Positions 36,504 through 56,672 of a stretch of 56,672 nt of DNA are shown one piece after another. Every line of letters starts with the position of its first letter. Position 1 is the first letter of the stretch. The DNA is from Gekko japonicus (Eukaryota), in NCBI RefSeq assembly GCF_001447785.1, contig NW_015164664.1, forward strand, positions 2,464,182-2,520,853, given 5' to 3'. The notes under the pieces were generated by a model, which had not been told where the DNA came from, made no database searches, and saw nothing but the letters and a program-made list of their open reading frames with translations. A program made the position numbers and the translations under genes.

Positions 36504-37226
36504 GCGTCAGATGTGATGCTACACCTGCACACCTTCTACTTTTTTGTGCAGGAAACAGAAAACTCCCAGTGTCCCAGCGGGAAAATAAGCAGCTGGGCAT
36601 GGACAATCCCAGAGACTGACGAGCTTTCAACGAACCCGTCGCAGGGCTCTGCAAACGGCCTGGAAACGGCGCGTGAGCCTTTCCCTAGAACACAGTACTA
36701 CACGGTGCCATAGCAACCAGAGCTCACCGAGGAGCGCCTTCTGTAACTCTACCTGGAGACCGTCTAAGAAAGTCCCATTCCGGAGACTCCCGAGTTCCAC
36801 CTCCCCTCTCAGACACGGCGAGCCGCCACAAAAAGGCAGACAAGAAGACCTCCTTTCTCCCTCCACACAGCGGAATTTCAGAACAGGCCAGGGTCAGCGG
36901 ATCCTGGGCAGCACTTCAGAAATCTCACCTGCAGCACATGCGCACTAGGCGGAAACCGGGACGTCTGCAGGAAGCGCATGCGTGGCCGTTCTAGAAGTAG
37001 GCTTTTTGTCGGTCTTGCGCGTGCGCAACCTCTCTCTCTCTCTCTCTCTCTCCCGTGGGTGTGACCATCGCCCATCAGGGTTTCCTCCTACTAGTCCGGC
37101 GCTCCCCATCGACAGAGAGAAGCGGGTTTCCCGGGGGCGCATGCGTGGTATTGGCGCCGCTTAGGCCGCGGCTTATCGCCATCGCGTGTTCTGCCCGGCT
37201 CGAGTGCTGCTGCTGCTGCTTTCGCC

Positions 37227-46568
<9,342 letters not shown>

Positions 46569-46813
46569 TTGTCCTGAAGTGACGAAAGTTCAACCTCCAG
46601 ACTGTTTCCCTGAAGGACCGAGCCTTTGGCCTCTGTCTTGCTGTAATTGTCCACCCTAGGACTGACAGCACATGCGTTCTGCTGGCCCAGCAGGTCAGAA
46701 GACTGGGGGCTTCATGGCTACGTGTCGAGCAAGGGTCCAAGTAGAGACCTGAGGTGGCTGTCTGAGCCTTTCTCTCTTTCTTCCCTCCCTCACCTAGTGT
46801 GAACAACTTTTTA

Positions 46814-46819
46814 AATAAA
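46814..46819 (+). terminator. Probable SMARCB1 polyadenylation signal
   Basis: AATAAA ~245 nt after the stop codon, followed by a GT-rich tract. Confidence 0.6.
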
Positions 46820-48409
46820 ATAAGTGAGTAATATTTGAGTTTCAGTTAAGTGTTTCCAGTGTGTGCTTCCCCTTTCCTGCTAATGATTTCCCCCCTGGCT
46901 GCTGTATAGCTGTGGTTTGTCCCTTCTGCATGCACACTGTTGGTATTCCAGCCTTCCTTGTAGGGGAGGGGAATTCTGAAAACACCTTTGCCAACTGTAT
47001 GACATCTGGGCTGAACTGCATTTCCCTGTCCGGTTACAGGTATTTAAGCTTGGATATGGCCAGAGGCAAAACTGAAGAGGTCCGTTTCCTTGACTGTTCG
47101 TTTAAGCTTGGATGTGGCCACAGGCACAGGCCTTTTGTCATGAACTGAAGAGGTCCGTTTCCTTGACTGTTCACCTATGGCCTGGATTCCCCAATGCAGA
47201 GAAAAGTAGAATAGAAATATTTAAATAAATTACTTGGAGGGAGTGATAGGGCTAATAGTGGGTGCTGTTCCTAACAAGGAAGCAGTTGTATCTTACAACA
47301 GTGTTGTTGTTGAGACAAATCCCTCTAAGAGCTGGTTGGTAAACACAACAATGTCAGGACCATTCTTACAATGGATTACAATATTCTCTTATGGCTGTTA
47401 GCTAGCTGGAGGAATGAACCTAATGGAAGTCTCTGTTTCTGTCGAATTTGTGTCTTTCAAGGAACAGCAGGAAGGAATGGTCTGGGTCAGAACCTTGCCT
47501 ACTGGTAAAAGGTCACAGTTGCTGCTTCAGCCTGATCTCACAATACTGTGCACAAATTAAACTCCTTTCACCGGCAGGAAAGATGCTAGAACACTGCATT
47601 TGATTTGATTTCATCTCCTCTTGAACGAAAAAGGCGGCAGCGAGTGCTGACTGGCTTGTTTTCCTATGTGGTCTCCCTCTTGGCTTTAACTGCTGAAAGG
47701 AGTGCACAGCCACAGACAGCCTGCTGTTATGGTCTGGTTATGGTGCTTGGACACAGAGTTCACTTAATCCATCCGACTTGCTCTTGCTTTTAATGTAGTG
47801 GGTACTGTAGTAACCTCTAGTTGCCAATGGACAGGCTTGCAGGCAATTCTAGGAGAACAGTAGCCCATGGTGAGAATATTGCAATATTGCAACGGCAGAA
47901 GAATAGAGAGTAATGTTGGGAAAAGCCACTGTAGTAGCGCTTGAGTCGAACTCAGAAGTTGTTTTCACCTTGGTTATCAAAGTGGGTGCCTGCTGGTGCT
48001 TGTGTCCTCCTTGTACTCCTGGCTGGCAGGGACAATTGTTCGGCATTGTGTGTAGTATAGCCAGGAGATCCTAAGATTGTCTAGTAGTGTAAAGTTCTAG
48101 CTGTTTTAGCATTATGCACCACTAGGTGGTGAGCGAGACTTATCTTGGCGGCTGAGAGAGCTCTGAAAGAACTGTGACTGACCCAAGGTCACCCAGCTGG
48201 CTTCATGTGGGGGAGTGCAGAATCAAACCCAGTTCTCCAGATTTGAGTCCGTTGCTCTTAACCACTACACCACACTAGCAGGGACGTCTAGTGTTCGACA
48301 CATGTTCACACCCATAACATTTCCCCCTGTTTTGCAACCAGAATCACAGGTCTGTGCAAGCAGCTTCAGCACTGAGTTTAAAGGTGGAAAACAGCCCGGC
48401 CCTATTTCT

Positions 48410-49540
48410 ATTTATTTCTGTTTAGAACATTTTTATACTGCCATTCCACCCAATCAGGCTGCACAAGGTGGTGAACACTGAAACAATAAAAATAGTTAAA
48501 AAATTAAAAACTAGTTGAAAACACAAACAGTATTAGAATGAGGGCCAAAAACTGTTACTAGTGATATGCCAGATGAAACAAAAAGGTCTTCACCTGCTGG
48601 TGGAAGACACTGATGGAGGGAGACACGAATATCCCTAGGGAAGGAATTCCAACATTTTGGTGCCATAACGGAGAGTGCCCTTTTTTGGGTTGCTGTCCAT
48701 CTAGCCTCATATGGTGTGGTGGGGGCAACCAAAGCAGGACTCTGAGGATGACCAGAGTGAATGAGTAAGTTCATGTGGGAAAGCGATCCTTAAGTTATGT
48801 TGGTCCCAGCTATACAGAGCTATAAAGGTCAATACCAACACCTTGAATTGAGCCTGAAAGCAAATTGGAAGACAGTATAGGTAGAACAAGATGAGTGATA
48901 TGATCCCTACAACCCACTTTAGTCAGTACTCTGGCAACAGCATTCTGTACCAACTGTAGCTTCCAGACAGTCTTCAAGGGCAAGTCCTACATACAGTGCA
49001 TTGCAGTAATCTAATATAGATGTTATCACAGCATGTACTACAATGTCAAGATCTTTTCTGTCCAGGAAGGGCCACAGCTGGCTCGTTAGCCAAGGCTTGT
49101 AAAAGGCACTGCTGCCACCTGTTTATCCAACAGGAGGCCTCAGTCCAGGAACACCCCAAAATGATAAACCTGCTCCTTTAGCAGAGTGCAACCTCATCCA
49201 GAATGAGATAACCCATTTCCCAGGTCAGACCTCCCCACTAGGCATGTACAAAAAAAACCCAGTATTTTTCGGGTTTGGGTATATTGAACCCAAAAAATAT
49301 CATTATTTCCTGATATTCCCAAGAATCAATCACCCCTACTCCCCACCACCAATAGCACCTTTGTCAAGATTAAATTTCAGCTTGTGACCTCTCATCCATT
49401 CCAAAACTGCCTCAAAGTACCCATTCATGGTTTCCACAGCCTCCCTGGGATCTGCTGGTAGCTCGAGATAGAGCTGCGTATCATCTGTATATTGGTGTCA
49501 GCTCAGCCCAAATTTATTAGGCAGCCTTCAGGTGGCTTAA
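48410..49540 (-). mobile_element. Degraded L2 LINE
   Basis: Minus-strand ORF remnants LPICFQAQFKVLVLTFIALY and RALSVMAPKCWNSFP are typical of the L2 C-terminus. Boundaries approximate. Confidence 0.7.
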
Positions 49541-49779
49541 GGAAGTTGCCACCTCTCAGGACCAAGTAACGTGTGGTTAGGGTAGGAGCCCCAAGTCAAA
49601 ATTCATACTGTGCCACAAAGCCCACTAGGTAACCTTGGGCCAAGCATTCTCTCTACATGATTTATCTAGCGAAGGTCGGGCTGTGTGTGTTGTGTCCTAA
49701 ACACAGGCCTTTCTTGTGGCATAAGACAAGAAGAATAAATGCAAATTAAACATGACCATTGTTCATAAGTCTGATTGCA

Positions 49780-49785
49780 TTTATT
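49780..49785 (-). terminator. Candidate DERL3 polyadenylation signal
   Basis: AATAAA on the minus strand ~1 kb after the DERL3 stop codon. Confidence 0.4.
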
Positions 49786-50782
49786 GGGTCTGTTAAGTAG
49801 TTCAGATGATTGTGGAAGAAAGGAGAAACAGAAAGAAGGGTTGCACTTGTACTGGCCAGATGTCTTCTGACATATTTTTGCACTCACTTCATTTCACATT
49901 TAAGATTACATAACAAGGAAATGGGAATCTTCTCTCTTAGTCAGCATTTGGTGGATAGAGTCAAGGTTACAGGTGTGTTACATTAACTCACACCAAATGT
50001 TATGGGTATGGGCCACAAAGAGAAGCAGAAATGTAACCGAACCACAGACAGTGTTTTTCCCTTCTCCTGAGCTGGTCAATTTGATTTCCGATTCATTCTA
50101 GTTATCTTGATGCCTGTTGCCACCTTCTGCAAATTAGGAATGAGTGGCTCATTAACCATACCAGGAGGTTTTGCCTGTTGTAATTGTGAAGGAATATAAA
50201 ACACACTTGCTACCCATTTTAAAAAAAAACACAGAGCCTGGAGGAGTAGGCAAGGGATGTAGGAAAACAGGGAGCCAGGCCTGGATTGAGGATTTCAGTA
50301 GCTTCTGCCTGTGCAAAACTTCTTAGCCACCTGAGGCCCAGAAAGCTGGAGGAAAAAGAAAGCTAAACTGAATTCTGCGGCAGACCCTCATTCCATGCGT
50401 CTTGGCACATGGAAAGCACAGTGACAACTGAAAAGGCAGCAGCTCTCTATACAATGTTTTTAAAGCCACCATATAAGGGTGAAGTCTCTTGTTTAATGTG
50501 GAAGTTGAGGGTGCTCAAGATGCTGAACCACCTGATTCCAGATGCTCAGTCTGTAGAGTCTTCTGCCTGTAACTTCCCAGGGAGTTCAGCAAATGCATCT
50601 TCCAGTCCTTTGCAACATTCAACACTTCTATGGAGTTCTCCTTCCATCTCCTGAGCTGCAGCACAGCTTGCCAGTTGAAGGGAGGAAGAGTGGCACGAGA
50701 ATACAAATCAGCACTGCTGAAATGGCAATCTGTATCTGGTTCAACACCATATAAGGCAGGGGTTATCACTGTGCCTTAACTG

Positions 50783-50918
50783 CTATGGTAGCTGTGGCTG
50801 GTTTTGGTCTTCTTGAGCAGGTGCAGGAGCCTCCTCGGGGGGAGGGTTAAAGTTAGGATTCTCCTCAGGGAGGGGATTGTAGTTAGGATCCTCCTCTGGA
50901 GGGTCGAACACAAGCTTC
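50783..50918 (-). CDS. DERL3: DERL3 exon 7 (terminal)
   Basis: [44 protein letters not shown]. Confidence 0.88.
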
Positions 50919-53900
50919 CTGTGACAGAAGAGGCCCGCCCCAACACAAAATAAATGCAACAGTGAAAACTAGCAGGGTGCCTCCCCAACCAACTTCTGTC
51001 ACCAAATGTATGTCCATCCACTACATATAATATGCATTTAAAAATGTAATTTGTGAATCAGCCCTGATTTTTTTGCCCTCCTCAGCTATTACACCCCCAC
51101 TTCATGTTCACTTTCCTGACTCCAATGGATCACTTCCAACCCAGTTTCTTGCCCCATCAATGCACCCCAGGGAAAGAAGTTATATCTGTCTAAGTCATAG
51201 TACTGACTTCTTAGGACATGCTTGCCCTTTCATGGGGGCAGTCACTCTTCATCCAGGCTGGGTACAGCTTGAGTGTTAATCCTCAAAGGCTCCTAAATGA
51301 AGCTCTTTGCTCTGAACCAAAGAAGGACTTACAGGAATCCTGGTGTAAGTAGTAACTTCTTTCCTCCAGGCTGGTTGGGGAAGACATCTTCAAGGAAGTA
51401 ATAGACATGACCCACAGCAATTCCTGTAGAAACGAGAAAGCCCTATGGATGCCCCTCTCTGTTCAAAGCAGCTTTACTAAACGAGCCAGTTTAACTAATA
51501 GCAATGTTTTAATGGATATGTTCTATCCCCTGCAGGGTGTTCTATCCCCAGCCAAACACCCCAACTCTCACTAGACTTACTACTGATTGGAGGCAGGGAC
51601 TTCCTTCACCACCACCACCCCTTTTGTTGTCTTACTGAACATACAGCATGAGAAAGACTTCTGAAGAGCTCAATTACTTTTGTATTTAATGTTTTTCTGT
51701 AGACCCAAAATGACTATTTAACATCTCTTAGTTTTGTAGTGTTGCTTATATAGGTGTCTGAACCGTTCTGCCCAAGAATAAGGATCAGTGCTTCCATCTT
51801 TCATACGTGAATCTGCAGCCAAGCAGCTCCCCCAGTGATAAACAGGAGCCAGAGTTTACTCTGCCCCCTCCCAGATGGCTGCAGACAGTCGCTACTGCAG
51901 ACTGAAAGCTCAAACTTGCTCAGTAACTTTCTTCCTCTCACACCTGTGTTTAAATGGGTAGGTAAATCTGTGTTTCTGTGCCAAAGGAACGATTTAACTG
52001 CCCCTGCCTTTGTAGCATGGTCCCTCTTACCTAGGAGGTCAATGAGAATGGAGTTGCCCAGCAGTAGTGAGAAGCCCATCAAAACCCATGGCAGGAATGG
52101 GGCCTGGAAGTTCAGCAGGCCAAAGAAGTTCATCCGGATGTAAGGGTTCCTCCGACTCCATACATACACCAGCATGATGGTGAATGCCTGGCCTAGGAAG
52201 AAGAGGCCAGCAAAGAGACCAAAAAGCTGTGAGCTACAGAGTGAAGGGAAAATCTTATATCTGCTTTACAAAAGCCTGAAGTGCCTTCAAGCTTTCTTGA
52301 AGGGGATATATATTGCCTTAAGGAACATCATCATGATTTTACTGCCTTGAGAAGAGTAAAATGAACTGGTGGCTCCAATGGGAAGCCACTAAAGGCAGGG
52401 AGGGGTGTTTGGTTAAAAGGAGCACAGCATGTTTTTAGACACAATTTGAATACACTGTGCAGGGTGTACCTGCTCAAGCTCTATTTCAAACAGTGAACAG
52501 AGCCAAAATTACAGACATCTGCTAGAGAAAGAAGCCAGGTTAAATTCTAAGGCTAAGGAAACACTGACTGGGTTACCTTACCAGGACTGTATAAATGATG
52601 AGAGCAAGAGGGTAATTCATTAAGGTAGTCAAATACCATACAGCAAGTTTTAGTACTGTTACTTTAAAAGCTATTTTTAATTTAGAGAAAATGTTATCCT
52701 CATAGCTGCATGGTCATAAGACTGCAATGTAAAGACATTTCCTCCAGAGTACTTGTTTGTAAAGTGATCCTCTGAAGAATCCTCTTTGCACATTAAAAAT
52801 TGTTGAGCGAGTAATAACAATCAGATTTTACAGTTTGGTCAGCTTGGCAATCTCTATACCTAGTGCCTTCTAATATCAAACCATTTCAGCTGATAAGAAA
52901 TTTCATCTTTCACTTGCTGTAGCATTGGGTTCCTACCCCCTGTTATGCTAAGAGTGTGAATGCTGGAAATGCTTCAGGGGAATGCCTTCCTTTCCACCAA
53001 CCATGAAAGCAGTGCAGAGGGGCTTAGGTGACAGCAACCCTACTCTTCTCCATGCAAAGCATACACAATAGTGCAACCAGAAAGGATACTGTCATGAGAA
53101 ACCCTCCAAAAAGGAACATGAAGATGAAGTCTGCTGTCCTTCCACGGAAAGAGCCTTCTTCCAACATGCGGCAGTATCTGTACCTGTAAGCAGGGAGCAA
53201 GGGAGGAGGAGGAGGCAGTAAAGGAAGCTAAAAGGGGGATGATTTAGTGAACAGGACAGCAAAATTGTTCTTGTGTTCCAGTGAACACAAGAAATGTGCA
53301 GAAAACAGCCTGATGGGTGGCTGAACCAACCCCACTCAGCAAAGTCTTGCCTCAAGAGCAGAGTACTGCCTGTTGCAACTGTGAAGACATAGTGGGAGTG
53401 CAAGGTGAAGCTTCTAGATAGTGACAGATATGTTCCACAGGGTGCAAGCGGCAAGGAAGATGGCTCAGAATCAAAAGGTCTTAGGTCTGCTGCTACTGAT
53501 TGACAATAGGCTGACTAGTCCATATTTCTTTCAGCAGTTGGAGGGCAGTCATCCTTGGGATAAATGTTCTGCAACTAACTTACTTGGCTCAAATGGGAAG
53601 CATCTGGTTAGCTTCCCAGGCACTGAGTGTTTGCACTTGTTTTGCAATTACAAGTACTCTATAGGCATTTTACAGCTGGGTCTATACTGGATACTTTACA
53701 AAACACTACAGATCCTAATATAATATTGTGGTTTGTATGAAGAGATCTGCAGTTTCATTTTGGCCACATATTATTTATTTACAAAATTTGTATCCTGCCT
53801 TTCTGCCCTCACAAGGGCACCCAAGACATCTCACAGTTCAAAACATATATAATTAAACTCTGGGTTGCTGTCAGTTATTCATGCTACTGTGCATCTTCTG

Positions 53901-55460
53901 CCCCCTCTGTTTCTCTTTTTCCCCTTCATATCTCTCCATTTATCAGTGTATGCCAAAATAGTTTAGTCTCTGTAGAATACCAAACACTGCTTTGAGTTCA
54001 GTTGCTTCAAGCAGCAGCCATGGTTGCAACAGTGTTTGAACTGGTATGCTCAAAGACTAAAGTAGTTATATCTCCAAACACAGGGATGTGTTGACAAGCA
54101 GCTATGCAGTTCCTTAATCTGTGCCTCTGCAGGAAAACATACAAAGCAGGGGGTGTGGGTGTTATATTTTGTTGTGGGCTTTCTGTGAACATCGGAGAAC
54201 AGCAGCAGGGTCTGTTGTGCCAGGCAGAGTTCAGGGAGAAAATAAAGGTCTTAATAAAATAGGGGGAAGGAAGCAAAGCTTTATTTGCCACCTTCCAACC
54301 TCTCTGCAGTAAACAAGGCCTGAGTCTTGACTTTCTGGTACCTTATCACAAGTTTCATGTCTGTGTCAGCTGCTAAACCGAAGGAAAAGCCCTGCTGCAC
54401 CTTAAAGCCTAGCATCTTTACTGTCACTTAAACTCAAGCCTAACTGCAATAACAATGTCAGCCTTTCAGGTGGTTTGTTGCAACAAACTAAATGACGGAT
54501 GCAGTTATTGAACCTGCCAGTTTTTCTATTTAGCAGCTTGCCTTTGTAGATATGGAAGTTTGCCTGAGCCCTAGAATGCAGAGACACAAGGCAGCCCAGC
54601 ACTGATCTCAAGACTGGGTGGATGGATCAGGAGACAAATTCATGTGGAACAGGGGAAATGAGAGCAGCCAGGCACAAAGGATACAGGAATATCATGTTGA
54701 AGAAGAAGCTGAATCCCAAGGGCCCAAAAAACAGGAAGTTGGTGAGGAGCCTCCAGATCTGCAAAGAAACAAGAGGCCATGCACAGTAGTCCCTACCTGT
54801 CCAGCTCATCCCGTCCCCTCCAGAGCTCATTTTGCCTGTGTGTGTGTGTGTTATGTACTGTCAAGTTGCTTCCATCTAATGGATCATGGTAACCCTATCA
54901 TTAACATCAGCGCTCAGGTCTTGCAAACGGAAGGTCGTGGCTTCCTTTACCGAGTCAACCCATCTCATGCCCAGGGAGAGTGTAAACTGCCTGGGCGAGA
55001 GCAAGGCATGAAAAGCGGGGAAGGTCTCACCTGCAGCTTTCTGAAAATTAGATCCGGGTTGAAGTACAGCTGGAAAGGCGTGAGGAGATCCAGTTGCTGC
55101 AAGCAACGAGAGATGGAGAGGGACCTTTAGCCGGCCACGGGCCAAGGCAGCCACTGCCTTCCTTACACCTGAGGTCCCCCGCCATAGGTGTGCCCCGGGT
55201 CTGTTGTGCCAGGCAGAGCCCGAGTTTGGCCCAGCGACCCCCTCCCGGCAACAAAACCCCTTTGACAGGGAACAGCGGCGGCGGCAGTTCCGCCACCTCA
55301 CGCGCCCGCAGGTAAGGAAGCGCCCCCCTCACCCCACCTCCCCGGTTTCCATCAATCTCCCCGTTACCACGGCAGCGGTGGTGATGACGCAGGCAGTGGT
55401 GTAGGCGCGCGTCACGGCGGGGATCCCCAAATATTCTGCAGTGAAACCCTGATAGGCCAT
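50783..55460 (-). CDS. DERL3: Derlin-3, 249 aa: complement join(55368-55460,55031-55096,54685-54758,53090-53183,52031-52226,51333-51423,50783-50918)
   Basis: [65 protein letters not shown]...[17 protein letters not shown]...WSRRNP...[21 protein letters not shown]. It lacks the DERL2-type C-terminal SHP box and lies convergent with SMARCB1, as in human. Total 750 nt. Confidence 0.93.
51333..51423 (-). CDS. DERL3: DERL3 exon 6
   Basis: [31 protein letters not shown]|gtaagt. Confidence 0.92.
52031..52226 (-). CDS. DERL3: DERL3 exon 5
   Basis: [28 protein letters not shown]...SILIDLL G|gtaaga. Confidence 0.92.
53090..53183 (-). CDS. DERL3: DERL3 exon 4 (between two U12 introns)
   Basis: [31 protein letters not shown]|GTATCCTTT. 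Confidence 0.92.
54685..54758 (-). CDS. DERL3: DERL3 exon 3 (followed by a U12 donor)
   Basis: [26 protein letters not shown]|GTATCCTTT. Confidence 0.92.
55031..55096 (-). CDS. DERL3: DERL3 exon 2
   Basis: [22 protein letters not shown]|gtgaga. Confidence 0.92.
55368..55460 (-). CDS. DERL3: DERL3 exon 1
   Basis: ccaccATGG Kozak context; GTG|gtaacg. Confidence 0.92.
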
Positions 55461-56200
55461 GGTGGGGAGAGATGGCGAGGCAAGCGAGCAAAGGCTGCGG
55501 CCCCTTTAAGAGCACCCCACGATCTTCTCCCCCCCCCCGGTTTCAGGCCAATCACAAAGCGAGGAGCAACATCAACGGAAAAGCCCAGCCAAGGAGCGCC
55601 GAGCCCCGTGGCCGCCCTCCAGCCTTGCCCCCCACCGGCATCAACCCGGAAAAGCCTTGCTCGGAAACGACTCGAGCCATTGGCTTTCCTTCGACAGCGG
55701 GGCGGTCGAAGGAAAGGAACGACAGGTATTTTGACCAATAAAAGCGCGCGGATTCGGCGCGTGGTTCATGTTGTGTCGAGAGAAGAAAGGTCCACATGTG
55801 CGCTGACAACAGGCGAGTGGCCAATAAGCGGGAAGGGCGGAGCTCGTAAAGGGCTATTGGAAAAGGTGTAGCAGTTGCCATGGAGAGAGGAGTTTCACGA
55901 ATGTGCGCGAGTTGCTACAGAAACGGCAAGACTTAGATGTAGAGGATAGACAGTGCGTGAACTGGGAGGCTCGGAAGGAAGGTCGCTGACCTCCCCCGAT
56001 TTCCCGACCCTTTTCCGAGTATTCTCCGTATCCGCTCCTCCCCCCCCCTTGCAGGGGGCCCTTGACCCCTCGGTCTTGGTTTCCTCCTTTCCTGGACTTT
56101 TGCGCTTCTCAGCTTCGCTGGAGCTGTTGTGCCCTAGTTGGGGGTATTGGCGGCGCTCTTGGTCTACGAGAGGCCAAGCATGCGTCTGTGATGTTTAGTG
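55461..56200. promoter_or_regulatory. DERL3 CpG-island promoter with multiple CCAAT boxes, possibly bidirectional
   Basis: CCAAT or ATTGG at 55548, 55679, 55735, 55821 and 55856; GC box at 55835; RFX-like motifs at 55874 and 55911. Confidence 0.65.
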
Positions 56201-56277
56201 CAGACGAAACAGATGACCTGGACTTGACCATCTATTTTTCCCCTTGCGGGATTTTCGGGTGCACTAGAGAGCCCAAC

Positions 56278-56672
56278 TGTAGTGTATGCTGACCACCACC
56301 GGGGGCCAGCGAACAGCCAGAGCTTGGCTCTGGTAGAACAATAGGGACTAGGCTCCTAGTCCCTCCACTGGGGAACCAATGGGAACCATGGGAGATTCAA
56401 ACCCACCAATGGTGACCAGGGGTGTGTCCCCAGGTATGTATATAGTTGGCCTGCCGGCCATTTGTTCCTTGTTCTTGTTGTGTACCAAATAAAGCGTGCC
56501 ATGCACCACATCGTGTCGGTCGTTTATCCATGCGGCAGCCCACTACATAACAGTGGCGACGAAGGTGGGATGCCGCTGAGTCTGGCCTGGCTCGCACCAG
56601 CGCACGCTAAGCTTCCGTTCCTGCTATGCCACGCCCCGCATCGTGCACCAGCCGCACCGCGCACCACTACGG
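56278..56672 (+). mobile_element. LTR retrotransposon 5' end (LTR 56278-56552; PBS 56554-56571), probably Ty3/Gypsy
   Basis: TG...CA ends with an imperfect inverted repeat (tgtagtgta / tacataaca), CCAAT at 56406, TATATA at 56439 and AATAAA at 56488. Then TGGCGACGAAGGTGGGAT, complementary to the 3' end of tRNA-Ser(GCU) as recalled. Confidence 0.8.

Noticed and set aside
55540-55860. ERSE / ERSE-II elements expected in a UPR-induced gene
   Set aside because: None of the five CCAAT boxes has CCACG at the required spacing; ATTGGCCACTC is only a near match to ERSE-II.

Overview
Vertebrate genomic DNA, almost certainly a squamate and probably a gecko, judged from Sauria/Squam-type SINEs and BovB, CR1, L2 and Penelope remnants. 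There are two assembly gaps (8768-8935, 9742-10157). I reconstructed four intron-containing genes exon by exon from splice sites and reading frames: the 5' part of RBM41 (- strand, exons 1-3, running off the left edge), complete MMP11 (+, 8 exons, 499 aa), complete SMARCB1 (+, 9 exons, 376 aa, plus a 30-nt cassette exon giving 386 aa) and complete DERL3 (-, 7 exons, 249 aa, with two adjacent U12-type introns). The right edge holds the 5' LTR and an 18-nt tRNA-Ser primer-binding site of an apparently young LTR retrotransposon. Most supplied ORFs are spurious or repeat-derived. I found no convincing new multi-gene system. The best leads are the unexpected RBM41-MMP11 adjacency (a candidate chicken-4p/15 synteny junction), the SMARCB1 cassette exon, a MITE-linked duplication of an RBM41 splice donor, the LTR beside the DERL3 promoter, degenerate Penelope hammerhead motifs and several intronic fold-back structures. 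Gene and repeat identities rest on recalled reference sequences, not on searches.
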